The translations under genes were made by a program, and so were the position numbers. DNA of 64,000 nt from Pavona decussata (taxonomy: Eukaryota): NCBI GenBank assembly GCA_977016875.1, contig CDRNST010000122.1, positions 3,472,001 through 3,536,000 of the forward strand, read 5' to 3'. Shown here piece after piece: positions 37,238 to 50,983 of this stretch. How positions within the stretch are numbered: position 1 is the first letter of the stretch; each line of letters opens with the position of its first letter. A model generated the notes under the pieces. It was not told where the DNA came from. It ran no database searches and saw only the letters and a list, made by a program, of their open reading frames with translations.

Positions 37238-40200
37238 TGAGAGTGGAGATGTCGAGGCCAGTAAACGATGCAATGTAGTCAGAGTAACAGCAAATGCTAA
37301 TTAAACCTACGTGCATGGTAATTCTATCCCTTGTGTCATAATCAGCTGCACGTACGTACTTTTCACTAACCGTCAAGAAAAAATATCATTAAATATCAAG
37401 TAGCAATTTTGCAGTGAAGCGGAGTATTGCTGTGAACTATCTCCACACAAATAATTAAACCTAATTTCTTTTTATAAGTAATTTAAAGAGGGTATGGGTG
37501 GGTGGAAAATATTATTTCTGCAAAGCGTTGCTGTCGTATTATTACTTTTTTATTATTATTATGACTGAATGTGAATGTCCAGTGCTTTTTGGAAACTCGA
37601 GAAGGGTCTCACTTGTCAACATAACCACTTAGAAAACAGAAACACAATTACCATGATAACTAACCGTTGGAGCGTCGGGCGACAACAACACAACAGCAGC
37701 AATTATCAGCTAAACTTAATTATCGGTGTTTTCACAGAGACTCCAGAAAGAATTACAAATCCAAAAACGTACTGCGGTGCAAAAAAAATGTATGATGAAT
37801 GTAATTAATGTGTTACAAATTATATCAATAAATTAAGTGCTTTGGATCATTAGTGACCTTCCTTATATAGTCGTGAATTAAAAACCAATTGTAGTTTTAC
37901 GCTAAAAAAAGACGGCGTCGAGGACCAAACTATCTTTGGCATTGAAACTATTCATTCGGATGTCAGCATGCAACAACATTATTCAAAGATTTCGACTCAT
38001 ATTTAATTACGTTAAATTCAGGCGAAGGAGATTCTCTGTTGACATTTGAATGGAATTCCCTCGGTTGTGATTAAAAAGTGCGCATGTAAGGGTATAGAGT
38101 CCCTATAGACCACAAAGAGACATGTTCAGGAAATCGGGCCCAACGTGCCCGTACGGAACATCCCATATGATGTCTGTGCTGAATGACAATAGCCATAAAT
38201 ATATCCAATCCATTTCGCAATCGACCGCCGTATATTAGATACGCTTCAATTCAATGTCAGGAGCATTTTGGAAAATATTTATCGGTTGTCATAGTCGAAT
38301 ATTTATAAGGAGTAGTTTCATACTTATTGGGGTTTGCGGTGACCATTTTATTGATTGGTTCTATCGTGTTACGTTTCTCAAGAGCAATGATAACCTTCGT
38401 TCGTTTTTATAATTGGTTTTTCAATAATTCGCCTAAGTTGTTCAAAAGATCTTGAAAGCCGCTGTGTTGTCACATCAGGCGTTCGAATTAGTTGCCTTAT
38501 CATGCTATCAATTGTAAATACGCGGCACGAGCCGTTCATTAACACTTCTACACAAAATAAAATAAGGACTGGCATTGGACCAATTTTTGAACTATTTTTA
38601 GAAGCAATGGACGAGTTATAGCTGTTGGGGGAAAAATTCACTCGCTCGGTCGCTCGATGGGCTGTAAACATCTGGTAATTCCGCTTAGCAATATTTTGTA
38701 TGTTTTGTTTATAGAGTAGTTGCATGAATGTTGACTTTTTACCCGACCACCTGCGATCACCGCTTTATGCATCCAATGAATAAAACCGAGCAACCGCTAC
38801 GTTGCCCAGTTGCTGTTGTTTTGAACTGGAAGTGGTTCGATTTACTTCCCAAATGTCTGGTTTAAGTGGCTATGCTTTTTATTCATTGATCTATTCAGAA
38901 GTTCGACAGTGTTTGTTTTACCTTGGAAAAAGACAGTTTTTTATCTTGGGGATCACCCTCCCCGGCTTTCTTGCCGTTAAAGAACTGCTCGGCGAATGGA
39001 CTATCATCGTTTGTTTTGTGGGAAAGTCTTTAGTCATGTTTCGTGTTTGACAACTTACACACAAAAAGGTTCATTATTTCAGTGTAAACATCATTTTTTT
39101 CTTTTAAAGCTTCTTTGAACCTTTTATGTTTCGACGGAACAAAGATCGACTGTGCTTTGACACAGCTGTGTGTGGCCGGAAATGCTCGTTAACGTCACTA
39201 CAAAGCACATGGTCTGCTCCTACCAAAACCTTTGGGATTCGCCATTTTGTTTCTCCAGTGATACAGAATGTTTTTGTAGCGTAATTTGATGCGAGTACTG
39301 CGTTGCCCCGCACTATTTTCTTCTGCATTCCATGTTGGCTCACAGGTCTTTTGACCAATTTAGCTTTTTGAATGTTTGACAGATGTTGTTGATGATTTGG
39401 AGGATTTGCAAGGTACTGACTGAACAGAGGCATGTGCTTTGTATTTTGAACATTTCTGCGTTTACTGCCTGTTTATTTGACCTCTTGTTGGTTCTGTTTA
39501 GCGACTCATTGTCGTTCTTATGCCCTTTGGGGCATTTGTTAGGCTTGGTTTGGGTCGTTTCAGTGCGTCGGATGACAGTACAGCCTCTCTTGTTATCTCT
39601 GTAAGGACAGGATTTGAACCGTGTAATAGTTTTTATTTTGCAGTTTTACGTACTCCATTCGACATTTAGTGGCTAGACAACGGACGGAAATTCAGTAACA
39701 ACTTTTGGCGTTTTAATGTACATGCTTTTAGAGTTTAAGTGTTAAAACCCCTTATAGAAAACTTACATATTCTCTCACCATAGCAAGGAAAATTCGGTAA
39801 CCATACTTATCTAAGTATCTACAAAAAAAGGGTCCAAAAAATGGTTTAAAAATTGTTCTAAAACGTGAATAGTCCAAAAATTCGTCAAATGGTCGACATT
39901 TCAACCTATGCAGAAAGTATAGGTTTTTGTCTTCCCATATTAACTTAATTAACATTACTTTTCCAAATTGGAGACTCCCGCGTTGATATAATTTCAGTTA
40001 TATCAGTTATTGTTGTTGTTATTTAACAGGCAAGAAAATTCAAAAATGATGACCTTTGTGTTCCAGGATGATTTCAGGTGACTTTCAATCCCAAAAAGAC
40101 ATTTAATCACCTTCAGTATCTTTTCGAATATTGTTTAACAAAACTGAAAAATTGAAAAAAGCGGAAGCAGTTAAAAAGACCAAAAGTATATGTTAAAGTG

Positions 40201-41426
40201 ATCATGTTCCCCAATGCCCCACCACAAAGGGCGGATGTTCAACCATTATATTGCAAAGCGCATTTTAAAAAAATCTGGTTTTGAAATTAAACGTTAACAG
40301 ACTTCACTTCGGTATTCCTCTTCGGATTTACAGTCATAAGCAAAAACAAAGGAAGAAGAAGTTGACGAAAATAAAGAATGTCAACAGAATTTATGAAATG
40401 CCTATGCTACATGTTTCAAATTTTCCGTTGATAGAATGTAATACATATGAGTTTTTGGAATGCCAAACGTTCTTCAATAATTTTGTTGCTTTTGCTTTTC
40501 CAATCAACCTAATTATTTTTTTTCTTTTTATTCAAAACGGAAACACCAAACCAATCTAATCTAAAATATGTCATTGGCTCCATCGCCGGTGGCAGTCGGC
40601 AATAGTTTTAATTGGCTCAGTCTAAGCCCGATTTCCCCTTAAGTCCTTTTTAGGTCAAGTGCTTTTTAAGTTACATAACGTCTGTGTTATATAATCACGC
40701 ACGTGTTAACTACTACATACATAACCACCACGCGCGTGCATGGCAAGCCAAACATAACAGAAGTGGGTTGAATGTTTTTAAAAAATCACTCGAGAGATAG
40801 AAACTGCCCCTCCCGATACATGATCAGCGTAAAGTTATACCGTTGTTCTGGCAAATGCGGCTGCCGGAAACGATTTTGGAGAAGGCTAAAGGCCTGGTCT
40901 AATGATGCATGAAAGTTACTGATAATTAATTATAGCCGATGATATGTATCGCCCTCTCACTTGACTGCATCATACACGATCATCAACTATCGTCACTATC
41001 TTTAAATATCATTCAATCCAAAAGAAAAAAAACAACAACAACAACCATATAATTCACTCTGAGCCTGTTCAAATAAGCTAATGATTATCGAGGATGATTT
41101 TCCCGTTTGAACACACGCATGGTAACTGATGAAGGTTAGAAAACAAGAGAGATTCATCTTCGGATGAAAGTGCTGACCATGACAATGTTGTATATTTCTC
41201 GTCGTTCCTTCTAATCCACTTTCTTGTCTAGCTGTCTTCTCTTGCATCAACGCTCTCCGGATTCATTTTCCCGTGCATTCCAACTATATCATTTTCCGTG
41301 CATTCCATTTGCTTCCAGAAGTTCTTCTTTCGGCTTGTTTAAGGCTTTCTCATGTAGGTTCCCCCACTAAACTTTTCAAACAACGAAAATACTGTGTGAA
41401 ACAATGCTAGATAACGCAATACCCAG

Positions 41427-43000
41427 CTGGTCTTCAGAAAGTTTTATGACGTTGTTGGACGGGCACGTGCTTCTCCGGCTAGCAGAAGTCTTAGAAACAC
41501 TGAGCTTCAGTACAACCAAGTGCTGAAGGTCACTTCAAGTTTCTTTGACTCCCTTGGAGTCCTCTGTACCATTCTAGTAGAAACGAAGTGCTGTTTCAGA
41601 TGCTTTACCGAGAGACGTTTAACAGGGATGCGCCGCCCCTACAGCCAGCCACGAGACATTGGAACAGGTGGCTTCAGGACCTGGAAAGAGGTGCAGTGGG
41701 TATTATTACCGCGGTGTATTTTCGCTGGCTCAGAGGAAGAGATTACCTCCTATGCTATTTATGGATTTGAAGAAAAGGAGTATTGTGCTTTTATGTAATT
41801 TCTCCTAGCCTTGAACCAATCAGTGGATATTGCCCGGCTTTGCTGTCATCCAAAACGAGAGTGGCACCTCTGACAAGGCGGTCCATATCACCAGACTCGA
41901 GCTGCTGCGTGGTGTGATCCTTGCTATACTGGTATCTTCAGTACTGAGGAAGCACTTATGTCGCGCGTTCAAATTGACAAGACAAACTTGTAGTTGGACA
42001 CAAGGACGGCAGTCTGTTGTTTCAAGGGGTCAAGGAAGTGGAAGCAGTTTGTCCAGAATCCAGTGAATCAAATTTTCTCTGTAACCGAAGCGTCAATGTG
42101 AAACCACAGTGACCCAGGTGTTAACAACCCTGCAGATGTCGGATCCCATGGAGCTGCCTCCAAGTTGAAGAATAACAAATTGTGGTGGAGAGGACCCTTG
42201 TGGCAATGGCCCAGTTCTGAACAATGCCCAGAATCTATTACCAAAGAGTGTCGCGCAGTGATCTCTCAAGGAGAAGAAAGTACTTGGGGATGCTACTAGG
42301 GTACTTTTGGAAACGCTGGAGCAGAGAGCACATTACAGAGTTGAGAAACCCGGATCGACAGAAATCCACACCTGAAGGAATCATTTCTGTAACTTTAGGG
42401 GACAATGTCATCGTGTTTGGAGACGACCTGCCCTGCAGTCAGTGGCGACTCAGACGAGTGAATACCAGGTTGATGCCAGGTGCTGATGACTGTGCGAGAG
42501 CGGCATTGGTCAAGGTTATCACTAAGAGAGGGAAACCTTTTGGGATGAAGGGACCAATTCAAAGACTGTTTCCCCTCGAAGTACCAGTCATGACCAGTAA
42601 TGAGCAACTTTAGGAGGAGCAGAGACGGGACAGAACCAGGCCATCAACAAGATATGTGGCTGCTCAAAATGCTAATTTGCTGACCAGTGAATTGATTGGG
42701 CAAAGTGGGAGTGTGCCACGGAGTTATTTCGTTACAATCGGAGACTTTCTTTACATGTTTGAACTTCGGACTTGCATGCGGACCGTTACGTTTTTGAGAA
42801 AAGTGATATTATGTGCAACTTGAACTTGTATTTTTGTAATTGAGAGCTTCAGTTGTTGTTATCTTTGTGCGGAACTTTTTGAGAAGGAATTTATTATTTT
42901 GTATCGTTGGAACGTAGAGAATCCCATTATTTTGCGGTGAGCAAATCTATTACAGATGGTTACGCCCATTATTGGATCTGCTAACAACACATCTCTGTTT
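41427..43000 (+). mobile_element. Degenerate BEL/Pao LTR retrotransposon remnant, copy 1
   Basis: Pao-type motifs FDxLG, SKTRVAP, NPAD and FWKRWSREHITELR...KGPIQRLFPLE; purine-rich tract then TG at 42712 as a possible LTR start; many stops and frameshifts; 3' boundary approximate. Confidence 0.8.
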
Positions 43001-44529
43001 AAAAACAATCGTCTGTCATACAGACCGGGAAAAACGTGGCCCTGTAAACAGAGAATTCTCAGCAGGTCAAAGAGCCAAAGCACGAAATTCCATTGGAGGT
43101 GGTAGTTCAAGTTGAGTGCCTGGCGTCATTCTGGCTCGTCTTGGGCTCCTTTTTAGGGAGTTGGTGGACATACTTGGCGGGGATCGTAATACAGGCCAAC
43201 AACCGACGGATTCTGTAGGTAGCATTCTACGGTTTACCACCCAGACGACTTAATCCAGTCCAGCTTTAGAGACGTTCTGACCAGTCAACCAACTAAGCAG
43301 GTCGAAACTCGCACTGACAGTCCATCAATTAACATGTGATCAGGCATAATTTAGCAGCGCTCTTATGTTCTCTTATTTGCTCGCTCACTAAAATTGGCCT
43401 AATACAATCGTTCGCATTACGTTGTCAAGAGCGATTTAGTCGAAGCTATTGGCCAGTTCCATGGCCAACTGAACGGCCCATTCCATTGTTTTTCTTCCAT
43501 TTAGGGCAACTTTATGTATAACAGCTGAAAGGCTGACTGAGCTCTACTTGTTTGTATCCAAGAATAAAAAAAAAAAAAACCAACAACAACAACAACCACA
43601 ACTTGGTCTCAGTTTGTGATACAAGTGAGTTATATTCTACGTACACGTTTATCAATTTCAATATTTGAATGAGAGCCGAGATACTTTTGTGAAGTACAAA
43701 GACGAACAAAGGATAAATTGTAAGATTTTCGATTCGCGTCTCATCTTACCTGTTGATCATAAGAATCTACTCTAATCGAGAAAGCAAAATATATCACAAA
43801 TAAATAACAACAGTCATCTGATATAAATTTTATTTTGGAAATCGAAGGCCTCCGCAAAGCCGTTAGCGTTTGGCCGCCGATGAAACGGTCTTATTTTCTC
43901 GCAGGCTAACAAAGTTTATCTAAGCTCCCCTCTGAGATGAAACATGACAGTTTCCTTAAATATCTACAGTACTTGAAAAGGAAAGCGAGAACTCGCGAGT
44001 ACATGTATCGCGAAATGCAAGTAAGTTTGATTAACTGATTTGATAACCGTCAATCAATCAAAAAAGGTGCGAGGAAGGCGCCCTGTAGAAAACTTGTATC
44101 AGGGTTTCCCGCGGGAATGGTTTAGGAAGCGAAACGAAAATAGAGCCTTATCACACGTTATCCAAAGCAAAAGTCATAAAGCTACAATAATATTCTTATT
44201 TCTAATAAAAAAAGAATCATATCATGATCGTATTCCGACTAAAAAAAAAATTGAAAATAAAAATAAGGTTCTCAATATCTTTATGTAAAAAGTCATATTA
44301 TGACCATATTCTAGCTAATAATAACAACGATAATAAAAATAGGATCCCATTCAGTGTTGATTATTGCTATAAGGCTCAGCGATATTTCAGTGTTTGGTTT
44401 CGTCTATAGACGCCCTATCATTGTACTAATATTAAGAGGCACTTTTAGGTTTAAGACCACCGTGGAAAAGAAGGCTGGAGAGAAAGATTTAGGACTTGAG
44501 ACGAGACCACAACGGAATTGAACACCTGG

Positions 44530-46075
44530 CATCGGGAAAGGCGCTTAATACTAAGTTTAAAATGTTCTACAGAGAAAATACTGACTGGAACAGAAAGGGT
44601 TTGTTGTTGTCATTGAAGAACTGAAGCAAAAGATCCTTGCCAAAGCAAATAAGGTTAAGAGATATGAGAATAGGATACAGCAATATAGGCAGAACAGGCT
44701 CTTTCACATAAACCAAGGGAGGTTCTGCACGGACTTGGAAAGAGAAAGTACTGAATGCCAAATAACATAAGACGCCGAAGAGTCAAGGGGATTCTGGAGT
44801 GATATATGGAGAAACCCGACAAAGCACAAGAGAGACGCAGAGTGGTTAAGAAACATTAAACGAGACGGTGGAACTCGCAAGCAACAAGATAGTGGAGATG
44901 GTAGTAAATTGAGGGAATCTGCAAAACATCCTGCTGGGAAATGCCCAACTGGAAAGCCTCTGGGGCTGGTCTGGTCCAAGAATGTTGGCTGAAAAACTCT
45001 ACAAGTTTGCAAGAACGACTGACAAAGAAATTAATAACTAGCTTGGAGACAGGAGTGGTTTCATCGTGGATAGACTCTTGATAGACTGAGCTTATAGCAA
45101 AGGACGAAGCTAAAGGAAATGCCGCAAGCAATTTTAGACCAATCACAAGCCTCCCACTTATGTGGAAGCTCAGTTCTGATGGGATTGATAGCTAAGGATA
45201 GTTGTTGGTATTTAGATGAGAGCCACCTACTTCTGGGGAGGGGAAGGGGTGTAGAAAAGGGTCAAGAGGGATCAATGATTTGCTGTTCATTGACAGGGAA
45301 GTGTTGAAGAACGATAAAAGTCATGAGAAGAACTTGGCCATGGCCTGAATTGACTATCGAAAGCTTACGATATGTTGCCCATCCGTGGATTGTTGAATGT
45401 CTTGACCTCTTTGGAGTTGCAGATAATATCAGGAAGCAGGGAAAAGCAGCTGACAGCAGGAGTAGAGAGAGGCATCTTCCAGGGGGATTCTTTGTCGCCC
45501 TTACTTTTTTTCTCTGCCCTAGCTTAATAGCGTTGAGTCAGGTGCTCCGAAAGTCGCAGTATAATTATTAATTCAATGGGGCGAAGATCAATCACTAACT
45601 CTTTATAGATGATCTGAAACTGTATGGCAAGAATGAACGAGGGTTAGTCTCCTTGGTCAACCGAAAGTCCGAGTGTTCTAAAAGTTGTGACATTGGAAAA
45701 CACTTTGGAAAAAGTGTGCCAAGTTGGTTACTAGAAGACGAATGGTGATTCAGAGGGCATTTTGTTGACAGCCGGAAGAGAGATCAAAGCGCTGGGTTAA
45801 GGCAAGAGTAACAAATATCTGGGTGTGCTGGAAACTGATGAGTTCAAGCGTGAGGAAATGAAGAACAACCTAACCAAGGGATATTTCCGAAGGTTGAGAA
45901 AGGTATTGCAGACAAAGGTAAATAGAGCCAATGTTGTAACAACAATACCTACATAGGCTATCTCAACTGAAGTATTCAGCAGCTTTTATTTGTTGGACTA
46001 AGGAAGAGCTAAGAGTGCTTGAAAGAAAGACACGAACACATTTGACCATAAACAATGTACCTCACCCACGAACCC
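44530..46075 (+). mobile_element. Degenerate non-LTR retrotransposon (R4/Dong-like RT)
   Basis: Fragments NWKASG, NFRPIT.LP, DYRKAYDM, GIFQGDSLSPLLF, FIDDLKLYGKNE and KYLGVLE, interrupted by stops and frameshifts. Confidence 0.8.
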
Positions 46076-46272
46076 AAGAAACTTTACTCCACGTTGTTTC
46101 TCTTCACCCGGGTGTATAAATGAGTACCGGTGACAAACTGCTGGGGATAACCCCGTGATAGACTAGCATCTCATCCAGGGAGAGTAGCAATACTTGTGGT
46201 TGCTTTGTCCTACAGAAACCGGCCGTGTGGGCCACTTAGGCTCGTCGTGCGATTTTACCTTTAGCTTTACCT
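46076..46272 (+). mobile_element. SINE fragment
   Basis: Core-like CTCTTCACCCGGGTGTATAAATGAGTACCGG and a degenerate (TTTACC)n tail. Confidence 0.6.
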
Positions 46273-47471
46273 ATGTTTTTGCTACGATTAGACAGAGAGC
46301 TACATGTGTCATAAATGGAAACAATAACTATGCTCACGTTCAGTGAATTCGTTTTGCCACAATAAACGCGTGCAAGAGTGCTCTGACGTTGAAAAATAGG
46401 GTGCCCATTGTCGTTACTGTGAAAATAGTGTAAATGAATACTGAAGAAAAGAAAAATAATGGGTTTTACTAGAAGCGGGACCACGATAACGACCGCCGCT
46501 AAAAAAAAAAAAAAACATGAGTAAACGCCCCCGGCCAAACGGATGCACCATCGTCCAACATTGTTGAATCCAACACATTGTACTTGTTTGGCCACCATGT
46601 TGTACAATGTTGCATGATGTTGGATGATGCTGAATGAAGTTTGATTTCCATCAAACATCATCTTCAGCATCGTTCAACATTTCTTTTGTCCTCAGATGTA
46701 AACAATAATGTTGCATTCGTTTAGCCACCGTGTTTAACACTGCTGAACGCGCACTTGCGCACACTAAGCTGATTTTGCGATTATTTGCATTAGTTGTTTA
46801 GCGCTTTTCCGCGTGAGTGTCAAGATGGCGAACGAACAACGTTTTGAACCTCTCAACGATGAAAGCTTGAACACACCCAGATTTGTCTCCTTTAGGGGTT
46901 TGATTTAAAATTTCCGACGAGAATCCCCGCGCGGAAAATGGAAGGAGAGCAAAAAATTGGAGGCATTCAAAAAGCGAAAAACACCACGGAAAAACCTACT
47001 ACGCAAGCTCGCTCCCAACTTGCTAACCACTCCCTACTGATGAAACTCTATCTTATGGACAGGAGATAAAGTTGTGGCGAATGTGTAATGCAGTAGAGCT
47101 ACTGAAAAACATTTCGGCCATTGCGCACCCTGAACAATGCATCCGTTGTAATCCAGAACTTGTCCGTAAGAACAAGAGATAAAACGAAGTGGCGGAAACT
47201 GAACTACCAATTATCCGAATTGAAAATAACTATCAAGTGAACAAGTGAACCTGCTTGAAAGGTATTTCATACAATAAAGAAGCTTTTGGCTAATCAAGAA
47301 CCACTGGAGCCTCATCTGATGGAAAAATTCAAAATTTGAATTTTGAAAGACAACATTCAAAATTGTCACACCGCGACAAACAATCCTTCTGTGACTAAAC
47401 AAAGTAACTGACAGAGTCATTAGGAGAAAAATGGAAAAAAACGACTGACACTCAAACGGCTTGCAACTTAC

Positions 47472-47892
47472 ACTCCAGTATTGCAGCTCCGCGTCTGGGT
47501 ACGAGTTGTTGGGCACGCCACACCACTGCAGCTAGGATTCTGTGTAACTACCAGCGAGCGCTTCTGTGTAAATATGCCACAACCACTGCATGAAGGACTC
47601 CAGGTGTTCCAACTCCATACGCAATTAACTGGGCAACAGTGAGTGTTGCAGTACTTAGTCTCGCTCAGAGCACCACTGCACGGGTTTCCGCACATTCAGC
47701 AGCAACTGCAATTCCTCTTGTGCGGTGCTGCGTCCCCGTAGCACATGACTTTGTACAGGTGCTCCAAGGTTGCCAGTCCCCTAGAACACAGTCGCGAAAA
47801 CAACGTCTTCGACGTCTACGGCGCCATGAATCCATGGCGCAAAAAAATGCACTTAAAAAGGGAAGAGCTACAGACAAGGTGACAAGCCTCAT
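47472..47892 (-). pseudogene. Variable first exon V2: recent duplicate of V1 with a 1-nt deletion near 47690 (pseudo-exon or assembly error)
   Basis: 421 nt versus 422 in V1; split between ORFs 47665-47928 and 47468-47695; TGTGCGGAAAC instead of the expected TGTGGCGGAAAC; donor GT|GTAAGT intact. Confidence 0.75.
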
Positions 47893-48505
47893 TGAGAGTG
47901 GAGATGTCGAGGCCAGTAAACGTTGCAATGTAGTCAGAGTAACAGCAAGTGCTAATTAAACCTACGTGCATGGTAATTCTATCCCTTGTGTCATAATCAG
48001 CTGCACGTATAGCCTGCGTTGCAGTCGTTTCCGTTTCCTTCAAATCAATCGTGGTTAGCGCGCGAGGGCATTGGCCAAAATTACAAATCCAAAAACGTAC
48101 TGCGGTGCAAAAAAAAAATGTATCATGAATGTAATTAATGTGTAACAAATTATATCAATAAATTAAGTGTTTTGGATCATTAGTGACCTTCCGTTCATAG
48201 TCGTGAATTAAAAACTATTGTAGTTTTACGCTAAAAAAAGACGGCGTCGAGGACCCAACTATCTTTGGGATTGAAACTATTCATTCGGATGTCAGCATGC
48301 AGCAGCTTATTCAAAGATTTCGACCCTTTTTTATATTTAATGACGTAAACGTCACTACAAAGCACATGGTCTGCTCCTACTAAAACCTTTGCGATTCGCC
48401 ATTTTGTTTAGTTTGGGGTGTGCTCTTAGTTGAGTAGTTTTTCTCCAGTGATACAGTATTTTTTAGCATAATTTGATGCGAGTACTGCGTTGTCCGGACT
48501 GTTTA

Positions 48506-48715
48506 CGAAAACGAAGACCGAAGACCCACTCGAAAACGAAGACCCGCTCGAAAACGAAGACTCACTCGAAAACGAAGACCTGCTCGAAAAACGAAGACCC
48601 ACTCGAAAACGAAGACACGCTCGAAAACAAAGACCCACTCGAAAACGAGGACAAGTTCGAAAACGAAGACCCACTCAAAAACGAAGACCCACTGGAAAGC
48701 GAAGACCCACTCGAA
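48506..48715. repeat. 18-bp minisatellite (CGAAAACGAAGACCCACT), about 11 copies
   Basis: Direct tandem copies without unique spacers. Confidence 0.95.
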
Positions 48716-48799
48716 CAAACAACGGTTGTATAGACCCAATCAACTGAGTGTAGGATATGTAACAAAAACACACACATGCGTCACAACAGATGTCAGCCC

Positions 48800-50360
48800 T
48801 GCTGGTCTTCAGAAAGTTTTATGACGTTGTTGGACGGGCACGTGCTTCTCCGGCTAGCAGAAGTCTTAGAAATACTAAGCTTCGGTACAACCAAGTGCTG
48901 AAGGTCACTTCAAGTATCTTTGACCCCCTTGGAGTCCTCAGTACCATTCTAGTAGAAACGAAGTGCTGTTTCAGATGCTTTACCGAGAGACGTTTAATAG
49001 GGATGCGCCGCCCCTACAGCAAGCCACGAGACATTGGAACAGGTGGCTTCACGACCTGGAAGGAGGTGCAGTGGGTATTATTACCGCGGTGTATTTTCGC
49101 TGGCTCAGAGGAAGAGATTACCTCCTATGCTATTTATGGATTTGAAGAAAAGGAGTATTGTGCTTTTGCGTACTTTCTACTTGAACCAGGCACTGGATAT
49201 TACCCGGCTTTGCTGTCATCCAAAACGAGAGTGGCACCTCTGACAAGGCGGTCCATATCCCCAGACTCGAGCTGCTGCGTGATGTGATCGTTGCTATATA
49301 GTGGCATCTTCAGTACTGAGGAAGTACTTACGTCGCGCGGTCAAATTGACAAATTGACTTGCAGTTGGACACGAGGACGGCAGTCTGTTGTATCAAGGGG
49401 TCAAGGAAGTGGAAGCAGTTTGTCCAGAATCCAGTGAATCAAATTTTCTCTGTAACCGAAGCGTCAATGGGAACCCAAGTGACCCCAGGTGTGAACAACC
49501 CTGCAGATGTCGCATCCCATGGAGCTGCCTCCAAGTTGAAGGATAACAAATAGTGGTGGAGAGGACCCTTGTGGCAATGGCCCAGTTCTAAACAATGCCG
49601 AGAATCGATTACCAAAGAGTGTCGCGCAGTGATCTCTCAAGGAGAAGAAAGTACTTGGGGATGCTACTAGTGTACTTTTGGAAACGCTGGAGCAGAGAGC
49701 ACATTACAGAGTCGAATCGAATCGACGGAAATCCACACCTGAAAGAATCATTTCTGCGACTGTAGGGGACATTGTCACCTTGTTTGAAGACAACCTGCCC
49801 TGCAGTCAGTGGCGACTCGAACGAGCAGATACCAGGTTGATGCCAGGTGCTGATGATTGTGTGAGAGCGGCAGTGGTCAAGGTTATCACTAAGAGAGGGA
49901 AACCTTTTGAGATGAAGGGACCAATTCAAAGACTGTTTCACCTCGAAGTACCAGTCATGACCAGTAATGAGCAACTTTAGGAGGAGCAGAGACGGGACAG
50001 AACCAGGCCATCAACAAGATGTGTGGCTGCTCAAAATGCTAATCTGCTGACCAGTGAATTGATTGGGCAAAGTGGGAGTGTGCCACGGAGTTATTTCGTT
50101 ACAATCGGAGACTTTCTTTACATGTTTGAACTTCGAACTTGCATGCGAACCGTTACGTTTTTGAGAAAAGTGATATTATGTGCAACTTGAACTTGTATTT
50201 TTGTAATTGAAAGCTTTAGTTGTTGTTATCTTTGTGTGGAACGTTTTGAGAAGGAATTTATTATTTTGTATCGTCGGAACGAAAAGAATCCAGTTATTTT
50301 GCCGTGAACAAATCTATTACAGTTGGCTACGCCCATTGTTGGATCTGCCAACAACATATC
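48800..50360 (+). mobile_element. Degenerate BEL/Pao remnant, copy 2
   Basis: Near-identical to 41427-43000; ORF 48790-49287 contains SIFDPLG and LLSSKTRVAPL. Confidence 0.8.
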
Positions 50361-50949
50361 TCTGTTTAAACAATCGTCAGTCATACCGATCGGGAAAAAC
50401 TTGGCCCTGTAAACAGAGAATTCTCAGCAGGTCAAAGAGCCAGAGCACAAAATTCCATTGGTGGTGGTAGTTCAAGTTGAGTGCTTGGCGTCATTCCGGC
50501 TCGTCTTGGGCTCCTTGTTAGGAAGTGGGTTTACATACTTGGCGGGGATCGTAATACAGACCAACAACCGACGGATTCTGTAGGTAGCATTCAACGGTTT
50601 ACCATCGAAACGACTTTATCCAGTCCAGCTTGAGAGACGTACTGACCAGTCGACCAACTAAGCAGGTCGAAACTCGCACTGACAGTCCATCAATTAACAT
50701 GAGATCAGGCTCAATTTAGCAGCGCTCTTATGTTCTCTTATTTGCTCGCTCACTAACAATCGTTCGCATTACATTGTCAAGAGCGATTAAGTCGAAGCCA
50801 TTGGCCAGTTCCATGGCCAACTGAACGGCCCATTCGATTGTTATTCTTCCATTTAGTGCAGTTTCTTCCGCGTTTGCGAAGCCTTGTGCAACTTTATGTG
50901 TAACAGCTGAAAGGCTGACTGAGGTCTACTTGTTTGTATCCAAGAATAC

Positions 50950-50950
<1 letters not shown>

Positions 50951-50982
<32 letters not shown>

Positions 50983-50983
50983 C
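50951..50983. repeat. (CAA)n microsatellite
   Basis: Direct inspection; paralogous to 43580-43600. Confidence 0.9.

Noticed and set aside
37238-37273. N-terminal extensions of V1 and V2 shown in the ORF track
   Set aside because: They start at TTG. The first in-frame ATGs (37237, 47892) directly precede the signal peptide.
38010-41427. Sequence largely unique to duplication unit 1 as an additional gene or V cassette
   Set aside because: No TSP1 motif, signal peptide or convincing ORF. It is probably TE-derived, but I could not define its termini.
48506-48715. 18-bp repeats as a CRISPR array or a repetitive protein (ORFs 48426-48777)
   Set aside because: The copies are contiguous with no unique spacers and the context is eukaryotic. 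ORFs are open in several frames only because the 18-bp unit lacks stop codons.
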